Part shown: positions 29,693 to 40,861 of the stretch, in pieces
Layout of the letters: each line of letters starts with the position of its first letter
Position numbering within the stretch: position 1 is the first letter of the stretch
NCBI GenBank assembly: GCA_965262115.1
Contig: OZ253496.1
Coordinates: 96,001 to 160,000 of the forward strand
DNA length: 64,000 nt
Source of the DNA: Nitrospinales bacterium
GTDB taxonomy: Bacteria > Nitrospinota > Nitrospinia > Nitrospinales > VA-1
Reading direction: 5' to 3'
The notes under the pieces: model-generated
Databases searched by the model: none
The model's input: the letters and a program-made list of their open reading frames with translations, nothing else
Told to the model about the DNA's origin: nothing
Program-made: the position numbers and the translations under genes

Positions 29693-30742
29693 TCATTTTC
29701 GGAGGCTATCGGGTTGCTGTTGGGTAAGACAATGCACACCCCCCAGTCCCCATATGAGGGTTTTGCACTGAATCTGGATGATCTTGCGTTCTGGAAACAA
29801 AGGAGTTAACAGGTCCAGGACTCTCTGGTCATTAGGGTGATCATAGCTGGGGACCAGCACAGCATGGTTGGCGATATAAAAGTTGGCGTAGCTGGCAGGC
29901 AGACGTTCTTCCTTGGAGCCGACATAACCCGGCATGGGCAGGGGGAGAATTTGGAAGGGATTGCCGTCCGTGTCTTTCGCCGCTTCCAGGCGCTCATAAT
30001 TTTGTTTTAATCCGAGAAAGTTTACGTCTCTTTCATTTTCTTCCAAAGCACAAACAATGGTGGTGGGGTTTACGAAACGGGCCAGATTATCGATATGCCC
30101 ATCGGTGTCGTCTCCTTCCAGTTCACCATGCAGCCAGATGATTTTCGAAACTCCCAGATAATTTTTCAAAAATTCTTCCATGCGTTCCCGGCGTATGCCG
30201 TCATTGCGGTTGGGGTTGAGGATGCAGGAATCGGTGGTCAGGCATGTTCCGCGACCATTCACCTCTATGGCTCCGCCTTCCAAAACAATTCCCGGCTTGA
30301 AACTTGGAAACTGCAATTGCTCGGCAATGATGCTGCAGGCGAGATCATCAAGCTCCCATTTATATTTTCGGCCCCAGGAATCAAAATCCCAATCGTTGAT
30401 GGCTACCTCCCCATCTTCTTCCCGAATGAGAAAATTAGGGCCGTAATCACGAATCCATGAATCATTGGTGGGGATGTCATAGAGGAAAACCTGATCCATA
30501 TTTATGCCGTTGGTCTGCAGTTTCTTATGCAGGTCTTCTTCGGCGGATTTATCCTGGACCAGAATATGGGTCTTTTCCCCTTGGGTGAGGGCTTTGACGA
30601 TTTGCAGGTAGTCGAACTCGACCCGTTCCATATTCTGATCGGGCCAGGTTTCCGGGTTATGAGGCCATGTCAGCCAGGTTCCTGCATGAGGCTCCCATTC
30701 TGCTGGCATGCGATAGTCGGTGGGGAAGGTAATTTCATTCAT
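29693..30742 (-). CDS. aguA: Agmatine deiminase family protein
   Basis: RMPAEWEPH, WIRDYGP, EGGA, TDGHID, GGVHCLTQQQP. Confidence 0.92.
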   Translation of the reverse strand: MNEITFPTDYRMPAEWEPHAGTWLTWPHNPETWPDQNMERVEFDYLQIVKALTQGEKTHILVQDKSAEEDLHKKLQTNGINMDQVFLYDIPTNDSWIRDYGPNFLIREEDGEVAINDWDFDSWGRKYKWELDDLACSIIAEQLQFPSFKPGIVLEGGAIEVNGRGTCLTTDSCILNPNRNDGIRRERMEEFLKNYLGVSKIIWLHGELEGDDTDGHIDNLARFVNPTTIVCALEENERDVNFLGLKQNYERLEAAKDTDGNPFQILPLPMPGYVGSKEERLPASYANFYIANHAVLVPSYDHPNDQRVLDLLTPLFPERKIIQIQCKTLIWGLGGVHCLTQQQPDSLRK

Positions 30743-31607
30743 CGGTATCTAAATATAATTTAGAGAGATCCTGGTAAGCATCGACCCTTCGGTCCCTTAA
30801 GAAGGGCCAGTTTTGTCTCGTCGATTCGATCTCCGACAGGGTGCATTGGGCGATCACGATCTGCGGTTTATTTTCGGCCTGACCGATAACTTTTCCAAAT
30901 GGATTGCAGATGAAGGATCGACCCCAAAAGGTCAGGGCCTTTTCACGACCCACCCGGTTCACCGAACCTAAAAAAACACCATTGGAAATGGCGTGAGATT
31001 TTTGTATGGTTTCCCACGCGGAAATTTGCTGTTCAGAGATTTTGGCATCTTCATCCTGATACCCGATAGCGGTGGGATAAAATAAGAACTGTGCTCCGGA
31101 TAAGGACGTTAGCCGGGCCGCTTCCGGAAACCACTGGTCCCAGCAGATCAGCACCCCAACTTTTCCATAGCGGGTAGCAAAACTTTTGAACCCGGTATCC
31201 CCGGGAGTGAAATAGAATTTTTCAAAGAAGCAGGGGTCATCGGGAATATGCATTTTGCGATAGGTTCCGACGACGCTTCCATCCGCATCAATGATAATGG
31301 CGGTGTTGTGGTAAATGCCCTGCGCCCGTTTTTCAAAAAGAGGCACAATCAGGACGACCTGTAACTCTTTTGCCAGCTTGGAGAGTGCTTCGCTCGTCGG
31401 ACCCGGCAGAGGTTCGGCCATGGAAAAATTTTCAGTCGATTCTGTTTGGCAAAAATATTGAGTCAGGAAAAGTTCGGGAAGGCAAATAATTTGCGCTCCC
31501 TTTTTCGATGCGGCACGAATGGAATCCATTGCGCTTTCCAGGTTTTTGCCTGCGTCCGGGGAACAGGCCATTTGAACGAGGCCAACTGATATTGTTGTGT
31601 TAGTCAT
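30735..31607 (-). CDS. aguB: Carbon-nitrogen hydrolase, N-carbamoylputrescine amidase-like
   Basis: LPELF, YRKMHIPDDP, EKFYFTPGD, ICWDQWFPEAAR; adjacent to aguA. Confidence 0.88.
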   Translation of the reverse strand: MTNTTISVGLVQMACSPDAGKNLESAMDSIRAASKKGAQIICLPELFLTQYFCQTESTENFSMAEPLPGPTSEALSKLAKELQVVLIVPLFEKRAQGIYHNTAIIIDADGSVVGTYRKMHIPDDPCFFEKFYFTPGDTGFKSFATRYGKVGVLICWDQWFPEAARLTSLSGAQFLFYPTAIGYQDEDAKISEQQISAWETIQKSHAISNGVFLGSVNRVGREKALTFWGRSFICNPFGKVIGQAENKPQIVIAQCTLSEIESTRQNWPFLRDRRVDAYQDLSKLYLDTDE

Positions 31608-31744
31608 GAAAATTTAAATAGTTATGCCTTGTAAAGGAATTTGTTATGATAAAATATCATAACATGATAGCGGTTTTCCTCCCACTTGCCGTGGAGATTC
31701 TCCGGAGTTTCTGGTGAAATACCTCCGCTTTTTATTAAATATCC

Positions 31745-32140
31745 TTGAATAAATTATTGCCCATGTGGATCAAGCAGGCGTTCAGAGATTACTACAAACC
31801 AAAATTAAAGCGCAGACTGGAGAGGGATCCAAACCAGGAGGAACTGGACCAGCGTTTTGAAGAAATATACAGCCAGGTCAACTGCATTCTTCTTGCCGGA
31901 GTTCTCGAGGGGGTTGCCATCTATTTTTATGAAATCGCAAAATTTACCAAAGAGGAACTGGATGGTTTCAGAGATCGTCCTGAAGAATATCTTTTTGAGC
32001 GTTTTGGCGGGGGTAACTACAAGTTAAACTTCTATGAAGGTCCATCTTTTATTGTTTGCGTCAATTTTAAACCTAAGGGAGAGCCCAAGTGGATTCCCTT
32101 ACTTCCCGAAAAAGCTGGTTCTGATCCTGAACCGGCGTAA
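31745..32140 (+). CDS. Hypothetical protein
   Basis: 131-aa ORF divergent from aguB; no recognised motif. Confidence 0.65.
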   Translation: MNKLLPMWIKQAFRDYYKPKLKRRLERDPNQEELDQRFEEIYSQVNCILLAGVLEGVAIYFYEIAKFTKEELDGFRDRPEEYLFERFGGGNYKLNFYEGPSFIVCVNFKPKGEPKWIPLLPEKAGSDPEPA

Positions 32141-32168
32141 CCGCCGGGGGCAGTGAGCAATGGCTTTA

Positions 32169-32289
32169 TACCTCTCCGGGGCACGAAGGCTTAGGGATAA
32201 TCACGTCTGGCTAGGAACAAGTTGTCTCGGCTTAACAAATCATTGCTACTTTACCCTTTTGGGGCAGGAATGTTGAGGAAGAATAGCAC
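32169..32289 (+). repeat. Two TACCC...CAC elements (32169-32204, 32252-32289) flanking a copy of the cttgttaagccgag repeat
   Basis: tacctctccggggcacgaa...aatcac and tacccttttggggcaggaa...aatagcac. Confidence 0.8.
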
Positions 32290-32798
32290 CTTTTCGCGGA
32301 TGATTTGGTGAACGGGGCCCCGAATTTTCTTTCAGGGGTGAATAAGGTTTTGGACTTCAGCCTTCTGGAAAAGGAGTTGTCAGGGATTTATAGCTGCAAT
32401 ACGGGCCGCCCGTCTTATCCGCTGGTTCTTTTATTCAAAACCCTTTTGCCGCAAAATGGTACAACCTTTCTGATCCTGGCCTGGAAGAAGCGTTGTCGGG
32501 CCGGATCAGCTTTCGCCGTTTTGTGGGCTTGAGCTTACCGGTTGCGGCGGACGCGATACATCGGTTCAAATCACCCTGGCTTGCAGGGCCATGAATATAA
32601 AACGATGCCTTGTTTTAGCCCGGACCTGAAAGAGGTGTGGATGGGAGAGAAAAAGCCTTGAGAATGCGGAGAAGCGGAAAACAAACAGCAATAAAAACCG
32701 CATGAAACAGAGAAAATTAGTCAAAAAATAACGATCTGTTCTGAAGGCCAACGCGATTCAACCCCGATTACTCAAATATACCCTGATGCAAAGGTCTC
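32290..32798 (+). mobile_element. Internally deleted IS5-family remnant with right TIR
   Basis: The 5' part is an inverted copy of ~35775-36014 (GRPSYP, SFRRFVG). It jumps to the transposase 3' end and finishes with TGCAAAGGTCTC (32787-32798). Confidence 0.85.
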
Positions 32799-33260
32799 TT
32801 TCCCAAGGAGAGTTTTGCGTAAGCTGAAAAAGCGTAAAGTTGAGATTCTTCGCTGTGTTCAGAAAGCTGCGGGAACCGATAAAACCCTGCGGAATTCCGC
32901 CTGTCACCGGCGTTTCAGTTCAATCCGGTCGCCATGAGGTCGCGATCGACCCCTGACCTCCCCCTGTGCCGTGCACCCTCAGATTCCCAAGCGGACAAGT
33001 CCATGCGGGGATTCTGTCAGAACCGGGGCGGTACGGGCATTTTCAGGGACGCCCCTCTGCCGGGGAACGACAAAGGTTTTCACCTTTGACGACCGGTTTG
33101 GCGGGTTTGCCTGGTCTCCTGCCAGATCAGGATGATTTTTGCTTGCATCTTTACCGAAACACGTTTATGGTACCGACACGCCATGGTGCTGTGAGCATTG
33201 GCAGTATTAGTTAGACGTTGCTCTTGCGAAGCGTGAAAACCAGCAACAAATTTTGGAGCT

Positions 33261-35113
33261 ATGCTGTTGAAAGTTCAGATTATTAAATGTGTGGTGTTTA
33301 CCGCAACCTGTATGCTTGCCTCGCTTGGTGCCGCCCAAACAATTACCATCAATGAAGGGGATATGCGCTCTGAGACGGTCACCTTGTCAGACCCTGACAC
33401 GATCATCATCAACAATGGCGAAATCACAACGGGGAGTGAGGTGAAAACCATAAACAGTGAGGGAACCACAAGCACAACAGTAATAGGAAGCCGCTCTCAC
33501 GGCATTTTCTCGTCAGGCTCTGGCGCGATGATCACCAATAATGCGGACGGCACAATCACAACGGCAGGAAGCGTCTCTCACGGCATTTCCTCGGATGGCT
33601 TTGACGCGGTCGTCACCAATAGCGGCGCAATCACAACGACAGGATTCCAATCTCACGGCATTTTAATTTTAGCGCAGGGGATTGACGGGACTGACGCGGT
33701 CGTCACCAATGACGGCGCAATCTCAACGACTGACGATAGCTCTCACGGCATTTTCTCGTCAGGCTCTGGCGCGACCATCACCAATAGCGGCGCAATCTCA
33801 ACGACTGGCGATAACTCTCACGGCATTTTCTCGGAGGGCGATGGCGCAATTACCATCAGCGGCAGTGTGTCTGTCAGTGGCGAGAATTCCTTTGTGGTGA
33901 AAGGGTCCGATGCGGGAGATCAAACGCTGACCCTGGGTCGTGGAGCGATGACGAACGGGGCGTTTAGTCTGGGAGAAAGGGATAACGACAATGATATCGC
34001 CAACATTTGGGTGGCTGACACCGCAAGGTCGTCGACTTACACTATCGGCGGGGCGACCTCATCAATCTGTTTAACAACGAAGAGCAAGACGCGCGGGTAC
34101 TTCAACTGCCGCAGGTAAGGAATGTTGCTGGCGATACTGTGGCTGTGCTCGACCCGACGGGTTCGTCCGCCGAACGCATGGCGCTGGGTTCTGCCGCAGG
34201 CCAGATATACGCCGTGGTGTTTCAGCGGTTGGCGGACGTGCGACGGCCTGAGAGGCTGGGCGGCGACGCTGGCAGGACAACCAGAGGGTCCGGCTGGGGT
34301 ACTTTTTTCGGTGGTGGGCACGAGCGTGATGACGACGGCCTGGCGCTGGCTTGGTCGAGCAACCGTTTTGGTGCGGTCGGGGGCTACGATATCCGCCTGG
34401 ACAGCAGGCATCGGGTCTGCCTGTTTGCCGGGGGCAGCCGCGGGCATATTGAAACCGATGCCAGATCAATTGAGACCGACACCAACAGCGGGTTTATCGG
34501 CGCTTACGGGCAACGGACTCTGGGCGGCGGCTGGGACCTGAGCGGGTCAGTGACCATCGGCTATGAAAGCCATAACAGCGATCGCGCCGTGTTCGACAAC
34601 CTCGCAGGGGATGAAACCGCTGACGGGGATTACGGCAGTTTCTATGTCAATCCGTCCTTGGCTCTCGCATGGTTTCATAAACTGGAAGACGGCTTTGAGT
34701 TCCGGCCCAGCGCGCAGATTGCCTATACCTACGGTCATTATAGCGGTTACACCGAAAGCGGCACGGAAAACTCCAATTTACGCTTCGATGGCCGGGATGT
34801 GCATATTTTCGACAGCCGCCTGCAACTGGCGCTGGCGCAATCCTTTACCGAGGACCGGGGAGAGCTTGAGGTGCGCGGCGGCGCTACGTTCACGCATTAT
34901 GGTGATGACAATGCCGGTGTCAGCCTGGGCGGAGGTGATTCAATCTCTTACCGGGTGCCGGGTGACGAGACCATCCCCGCCGGGTATGTGGGTGCCAGTC
35001 TGCGTTACGCCGTCAGGAAAACGATCAACCTGGTCAGCGATGTGGAATATCACAATGGCACGGGCGGCACGGAATCCATATCGGGTTATCTGGGGCTGAG
35101 GGTTCGGTTTTGA
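33261..35113 (+). pseudogene. Autotransporter (signal peptide, repetitive passenger, beta-barrel) split by one frameshift near 34055
   Basis: SHGI-S-G...ITN-GAI-T repeats; barrel with GYTESG and C-terminal LRVRF; the second frame is open from ~34056; GC-richer than its flanks. Confidence 0.8.
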
Positions 35114-36062
35114 CGCGGAGATTCTTAAGGCTTTTTCTCTCCAATCGACACCTCTTTCAGGTCCGGACTAAAACAAGGCATCTTTTTATATTCATGGCCA
35201 TGCAAACCAGGGTGATTTGAACCGCTGTCCACGTCAATCCGATATAGCGTCGTGCCCTGCGCACAACGGTAATGGTTCTTAAGGATACCGAAGACATGTT
35301 CTACGGGGGAGCGTAATTTAGTCATGCGTTTGTTGAATGCGGTCTGAGCAGGTTTCAGGGGATGATACTGATTGGGCCGATGCATGATGCCAGCAAAAAT
35401 ACCGCGCTCTTCAAGCGCCTTACGCCGGGCGCGTTTGTCATAAGCCTTGTCTGCATACACCGCTTTCTCATCACCCATCACCAGGTCATCGACCGGTGTC
35501 GTGTCATTGACATTGGCCGGGGTGATGATCACACGGCGAACCCATCCGGACTTCCGATCTACTGCCGTATGCATCTTGTAACCGCAAGCATTTTCTTTAT
35601 GTTGGCGACCGTACACACCGGCTTCGGGGTCTACCGCTTTTTTCGGACTGGAAGAGCGAACAAACGATGCGTCCAGCATCGTTCCCTGTTTGATCACAAA
35701 GCCCTGCGATTCAAACTGGGTATTTAACGAGGACAATAACTTGTTGTAACGGTCTCCCGGTTGAAAACGAAACCGGCCCACAAAACGGCGAAAGCTGATC
35801 CGGCCCGACAACGCTTCTTCCAGGCCAGGATCAGAAAGGTTGTACCATTTTGCGGCAAAAGGGTTTTGAATAAAAGAACCAGCGGATAAGACGGGCGGCC
35901 CGTATTGCAGCTATAAATCCCTGACAACTCCTTTTCCAGAAGGCTGAAGTCCAAAACCTTATTCACCCCTGAAAGAAAATTCGGGGCCCCGTTCACCAAA
36001 TCATCCGCGAAAAGGTGCTATTCTTCCTCAACATTCCTGCCCCGAAGCAACTGTGTTAAATG

Positions 36063-37013
36063 TCAAGTGCTGGCAATGAGATTTTCATTCCAGAGTGTTT
36101 TTGTTTTGATCATGGTATTGATGATCGTTAATAACTTTCTCATGCATGCGGTAATGGCAACTTTAAAGGGTTTGCCCTTTTCGATGAGGCGTGTGTAAAA
36201 GGTACGAATCACGGGATTATGCTGCATGGCAGTGACGGCGGCCATGTATAAAGCGGCACGCACATTGGCGCGGCCGCCCCAGATACACCGGCGGCCCCGG
36301 AACTTTCCGCTGTCCCGATTGAGGGGAGCGAGACCGATAAGGGCGGCGATTTGCTTCTGATTAAGAACTCCAAGTTCCGGAACCCCGGCCAAGAGGTTGA
36401 CAGCCAGAACGGGACCGGCACCGGGAACACTTTGTATAATCTGGTCGTGCTCACGCCAGGCAGAACTGTTTTTGATGGTTCTGGAAAGGTCGCCATCGAT
36501 TTTTCGCAAGCGTTTTTTAAGAGATTCGATATGCTCCTTAATGTCTTTACATATCCATTTTGGAGCTTGTTTTAGACGGGTTTTTTCTTTGGTCAGCATC
36601 TCGATCAACTGGCGACGGCGTGTCACTAGAGCTGAGAGTTCAAGAGATTCTTCGTCTTTGATTTTCCTGACCTCAGGACGTACGGCCCTGGCAAAATGGG
36701 CCAGCACAAGAGAATCAATGACATCGGTTTTTGCCAGTTTCCCGGTGGCTTTGGCAAAATCACGAACTTGCCGTGGGTTGACCACGGCTACTGGCAGTCG
36801 ACCCGCAACCAGGGCCGAAGCCAACGGGATCTCTAAGCCGCCTGTGGCTTCCAAAACGATCAATGGAGGATTTAAGGCGGATAAACTCTCGACCAAACCA
36901 GCAATCCCTTCCTCATTGTTAGCGGTTTGCCAGGTTTCTTGAGTCATGCTGTCAGCAACATCCAGATGGAGTTTAGAAATATCGATGCCAATAAAATGGG
37001 GTTTCTGATTCAT
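36063..37013 (-). CDS. IS110 recombinase/transposase
   Basis: 316 aa, same motifs as 24391-25341. Confidence 0.97.
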   Translation of the reverse strand: MNQKPHFIGIDISKLHLDVADSMTQETWQTANNEEGIAGLVESLSALNPPLIVLEATGGLEIPLASALVAGRLPVAVVNPRQVRDFAKATGKLAKTDVIDSLVLAHFARAVRPEVRKIKDEESLELSALVTRRRQLIEMLTKEKTRLKQAPKWICKDIKEHIESLKKRLRKIDGDLSRTIKNSSAWREHDQIIQSVPGAGPVLAVNLLAGVPELGVLNQKQIAALIGLAPLNRDSGKFRGRRCIWGGRANVRAALYMAAVTAMQHNPVIRTFYTRLIEKGKPFKVAITACMRKLLTIINTMIKTKTLWNENLIAST

Positions 37014-37229
37014 AATTTGGTCTCCCAGCCTTGCCGATGCGGGCTCAGTGGCCCAGGCAACTGTTCGGGTTAATCAAAATAGGACACAACGATCTGCGCT
37101 TCGGGACGGGCTTAAAAGCCCAAGGGGTAAACGATCTATTGTGCCCTGAATCAAATCCTGGGAGCTTGTGGAAAACACAAAACCGGCTTCCCACAGGGCT
37201 CACAGGTACAACTACTACAAATTCCCCTT
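37014..37229 (-). ncRNA. Predicted bridge RNA of IS110 copy 2
   Basis: Same non-coding end as copy 1; LTG at 37123-37131, RTG at 37099-37105. Confidence 0.85.
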
Positions 37230-37405
37230 ATGAACAACATACAAGGGGTACAACGGACCCAGTTGCTTTTGCATTCCCATTCCTCCAGCAATCGTTAAAA
37301 AAATACCTCAACGCATTATAAACCTGTCTCCAAATGCTATACTTATGCAAAGGTCTCTTGTTAGAGGGCCAGCCTGACCCATCCTGCAATCTCGAGTTTT
37401 GATTT

Positions 37406-40400
37406 ATGAACGAAAGGGCCCCTATTATTGAGAGTGAAGATTTTTCATTCTATGTCGATCAGGTTCAAAAATGGACGGAAGAATCGGGCCGCCCTATTGT
37501 TGTTGAGGGTTTGAGAGGTGCCTCCCGGGCTTTTTTTCTGTCGCGGTTGATCAAGCTCAAAAACCGGCCTGTGGTTATTTTTACCGCAGATCAAAACCGG
37601 GGTGAGGTTTTACTGGACGATCTTAAATACTTTTTCCGCCTCGATAAAATAAAGCGCTCCCCATGTTTTTTTCCTGCTTGGGAGCTCCTTCCCTACGAAC
37701 CGCTTTCCCCTTTAAACGAAATATCCGGAGAAAGGCTGGACATTCTCAACCGGCTTCGAACCGGAGAGCCTTTAATTCTGGTCGTACCATTGGAGGCAGG
37801 TCTGCAAAGAGTCATGCCTCGCTCGGTTCTGGAAAAACTGGTTTTTCCGGTTGACCGTAAAATGAGCCTGGAGCGGGAGTTTTTAGAAGCCTGCCTGTCC
37901 GACAATGGTTTTGCGCGTTCTCCGTTGGTGGAAACCAGGGGCGAGTTCAGCGTGCGGGGAGATATTGTTGATTTCTTCCAGCCCGGCAGTATGAACCCGA
38001 TTCGCATCGAATTTTTTGGCGACGAAGTGGAATCCATTCGAGAGTTTGATGTGTTATCCCAAGTCTCTATAAATGAACTGGAAAGCGTGAATATTCTTCC
38101 TGTGCGAGAGCTTTGCCTGAACGATGCAGAAAAAAAACAGGGCGTGGAAGCCATCAATAACTTCGCCGGGAAAAATGAGAGCGACCGCTTGGCACTGAAG
38201 GAGCTTCTGGAAAAAATTCAGCATCTCGGGGTGTTTTCCGGCATGGAATATCTGGCCCCTTTTTTCTATTCCACTGGCGAAACGCTTTTTGACTATTTGC
38301 ATCGGGATTCCCTGATTGTGTTTGAGGAGGAGGACCGGTTACAGGATAAATCTGAACAGTTTCACGATCTCATTGAGATGGAGTATCACGCGATTATGGA
38401 AAATGGGGATATCGCCGCTTCTCCAGAAGAATTGTATTTGACGATGGATGCGTTCAAAAATCATGTGACCGAATTTAATGGATGCATTGCCTTGAACAGC
38501 CTGAAAACTTCAGATGATGAAGCGGGTCGTACCCTTGGTCTGGAGATGAAACCTATTCCCTCTTTAGCCGGAAGGTTTGAAGCTTTCAGCGAACAAGTCC
38601 TTAAATGGCAGGAAGATGAAAATAAGGTGGTGGTTGTGGCGCCGACAAAGGGGCAGGTTCGCCGCATTCATGAGTTGCTTCATGATTGGGGACTGGAAAT
38701 CGATGTGGACCTTGGACGAATCAGTGAAGGCTTTCAATTAAAATCATTCAATCAGATTTTCATCGCCGAGCACGAAATATTTGGTAGAACCCACAAGCAC
38801 CGGCATCGCAGAAAGCCCCGTTCGCAAGCTTTTCAACGGGGACTAAAGGATTTAAGAGAAGGTGATTTTCTGGTGCATATTGATTATGGCATTGGCCTGT
38901 ATCAAGGGACACGGGAACTGCAAACCGGGGTGGGCGGCGGAGAGTTTTTGGAAATTATATATGCTGATGACGAAAAACTGTATCTCCCAATGGAAGCGCT
39001 TGGACTCGTTCAAAAATATGTAGGGTCAACGGAAACTCCGCCGCCATTGAGCAAAATGGGGGGAGCCGCCTGGAAGCGCCAGAAGAAAAAAGTCAGGGAA
39101 GCAATTCAGGAAATGGCGGGAGATTTACTTAAACTTTATGCTTCCCGGGAGATGGCTCACGGTCATGCTTATTCAAACAATACTCTTATGATGCGAGAGT
39201 TTGCCGACGCGTTCGAGTATGAGGAAACCGAGGATCAATCCAAAGCCATTGAGGATGTGGAAGCGGATCTGGAAAAGGACAAACCCACCGACAGGTTGAT
39301 CTGCGGGGATGTAGGCTATGGTAAAACGGAAGTCGCAATGCGGGCGGCTTTCAAGGTGGTTCTGGATAAAAAACAGGTTGCCGTATTGGTGCCAACCACG
39401 ATTCTCGCTCAGCAACATTTGCAGACCTTTCGTGAACGTTTTCGTGAATACCCGGTCAATATTGACATGGTCAACAGGTTCCGTACTCCGAGTGAGCAAA
39501 AGGAGACTTTAGCGCAGCTGAAAAAAAGTAATGTTGATATTATTATAGGAACGCATCGATTGTTGTCTAAGGATGTAGAGTTTGTCTCGCTCGGCTTGAT
39601 CATTATCGACGAGGAACAAAAGTTTGGCGTCAAACATAAAGAAAAATTGAAGAAGCTCAGAAACTCTGTGGATATTCTTACGCTCACAGCGACACCGATT
39701 CCTCGCACCCTGCATTTTTCCTTGATGGGGGTGCGTGATATGAGCGTCATCGAAACCCCTCCTGTTGACCGTCTTGCGGTAAAAACCTTTATTCGCAAGT
39801 TTGATGAAAAAGTGATCCGTGAAGCAATCATGAGGGAAGTAGACCGTGGCGGGCAGGTATTTTTTGTGCATAACAAAATTCGCAGTATCCATTCTATCGC
39901 CGAAATGATTCGAAGGGTGGCTCCTGGAGTAAAAATAGACATCGCCCACGGCCAACTGCCGGAACACCAGTTAGAAACGGTGATGAAAAAATTTATGGAT
40001 AAGGAAGTGGATCTTTTGCTGAGTACATCCATTGTTGAGTCTGGACTTGATATTCCCTCCGCCAATACCATCATTATCAATCGCGCCGACCAGTTTGGAC
40101 TGGCTCAGCTTTACCAATTGCGCGGCAGGGTGGGGCGATACAAGCATCAGGCCTATGCCTATCTGTTGATCCCGGGGACAGGAGGTTTGAGTGATGAGGC
40201 TCGCAAACGTCTTAGTGCGATTGAGGAAATGAGTGAGCTTGGGGCGGGTTTTCAGCTTTCGGCGCGTGATATGGAAATCCGCGGAGTGGGTAATATGCTT
40301 GGGCACAACCAATCCGGTCACATCACCTCTGTGGGTTTTGACCTTTATTGCAAACTGGTTGAGGACATGGTGAAAGATATCCGTGGGGAAAAAACCGAGT

Positions 40401-40861
40401 CCCGCATTGAGACGGAACTGGATTTGATGGTAAAAGGATTCATTCCAAAGGATTATGTCCCGGATCTGAATCAGCGCCTGGATTTTTACCGGAGGATACA
40501 GGTTGCCAGCGAGCAGGACGAAGGCCTGTCGATAGCGAGTGAATTGGCAGACAGGTATGGTCCACACCCTGACCCGGCAGCAAAACTTCTGGCTCTCTTA
40601 GAGATACGCATATTTTGTCAGCAGATCCATATTTCCAAAATCGAAATGAAGCAAAAGGAAGTCATTTTGCATTTATTGCCTTCAACGCCTATCAATCCAC
40701 AAGCATTAACTTCCATGTTCGATGAACGTTTGAGTATCCGGTCGGAATACAAAATTAGTATACGTTTGGATCGCAAGGGATGGAAAACGGATTTAAAACT
40801 TATCGGGAATTATTTGCAAAAGCTGGCGCATTCGTTGCGGCCCATCGAGGTGGAAAATTGA
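37406..40861 (+). CDS. mfd: Transcription-repair coupling factor
   Basis: UvrB-like N-terminus, RLICGDVGYGKTEVA, DEEQKFGV, TATPIPRTL, QLRGRVGR, TRCF C-terminus. Confidence 0.98.
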   Translation: MNERAPIIESEDFSFYVDQVQKWTEESGRPIVVEGLRGASRAFFLSRLIKLKNRPVVIFTADQNRGEVLLDDLKYFFRLDKIKRSPCFFPAWELLPYEPLSPLNEISGERLDILNRLRTGEPLILVVPLEAGLQRVMPRSVLEKLVFPVDRKMSLEREFLEACLSDNGFARSPLVETRGEFSVRGDIVDFFQPGSMNPIRIEFFGDEVESIREFDVLSQVSINELESVNILPVRELCLNDAEKKQGVEAINNFAGKNESDRLALKELLEKIQHLGVFSGMEYLAPFFYSTGETLFDYLHRDSLIVFEEEDRLQDKSEQFHDLIEMEYHAIMENGDIAASPEELYLTMDAFKNHVTEFNGCIALNSLKTSDDEAGRTLGLEMKPIPSLAGRFEAFSEQVLKWQEDENKVVVVAPTKGQVRRIHELLHDWGLEIDVDLGRISEGFQLKSFNQIFIAEHEIFGRTHKHRHRRKPRSQAFQRGLKDLREGDFLVHIDYGIGLYQGTRELQTGVGGGEFLEIIYADDEKLYLPMEALGLVQKYVGSTETPPPLSKMGGAAWKRQKKKVREAIQEMAGDLLKLYASREMAHGHAYSNNTLMMREFADAFEYEETEDQSKAIEDVEADLEKDKPTDRLICGDVGYGKTEVAMRAAFKVVLDKKQVAVLVPTTILAQQHLQTFRERFREYPVNIDMVNRFRTPSEQKETLAQLKKSNVDIIIGTHRLLSKDVEFVSLGLIIIDEEQKFGVKHKEKLKKLRNSVDILTLTATPIPRTLHFSLMGVRDMSVIETPPVDRLAVKTFIRKFDEKVIREAIMREVDRGGQVFFVHNKIRSIHSIAEMIRRVAPGVKIDIAHGQLPEHQLETVMKKFMDKEVDLLLSTSIVESGLDIPSANTIIINRADQFGLAQLYQLRGRVGRYKHQAYAYLLIPGTGGLSDEARKRLSAIEEMSELGAGFQLSARDMEIRGVGNMLGHNQSGHITSVGFDLYCKLVEDMVKDIRGEKTESRIETELDLMVKGFIPKDYVPDLNQRLDFYRRIQVASEQDEGLSIASELADRYGPHPDPAAKLLALLEIRIFCQQIHISKIEMKQKEVILHLLPSTPINPQALTSMFDERLSIRSEYKISIRLDRKGWKTDLKLIGNYLQKLAHSLRPIEVEN

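Larger units (their letters stand above)
36048..37245 (-). mobile_element. IS110 family element, copy 2
   Basis: Same ends as copy 1, inserted at TGTACCC-CT-TCGGG; two coding differences seen (AKAIRP vs ARAVRP). Confidence 0.95.
35120..37357 (-). mobile_element. Degenerate IS5-family element, interrupted by a 38-bp element and IS110 copy 2
   Basis: Left TIR GAGACCTTTGCATAAG ends at 37357; start MQKQLGPL; motifs MLDAS, GYKMH, YADKAY and RSPVEHVFG; several frameshifts; no right TIR seen. Confidence 0.88.
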
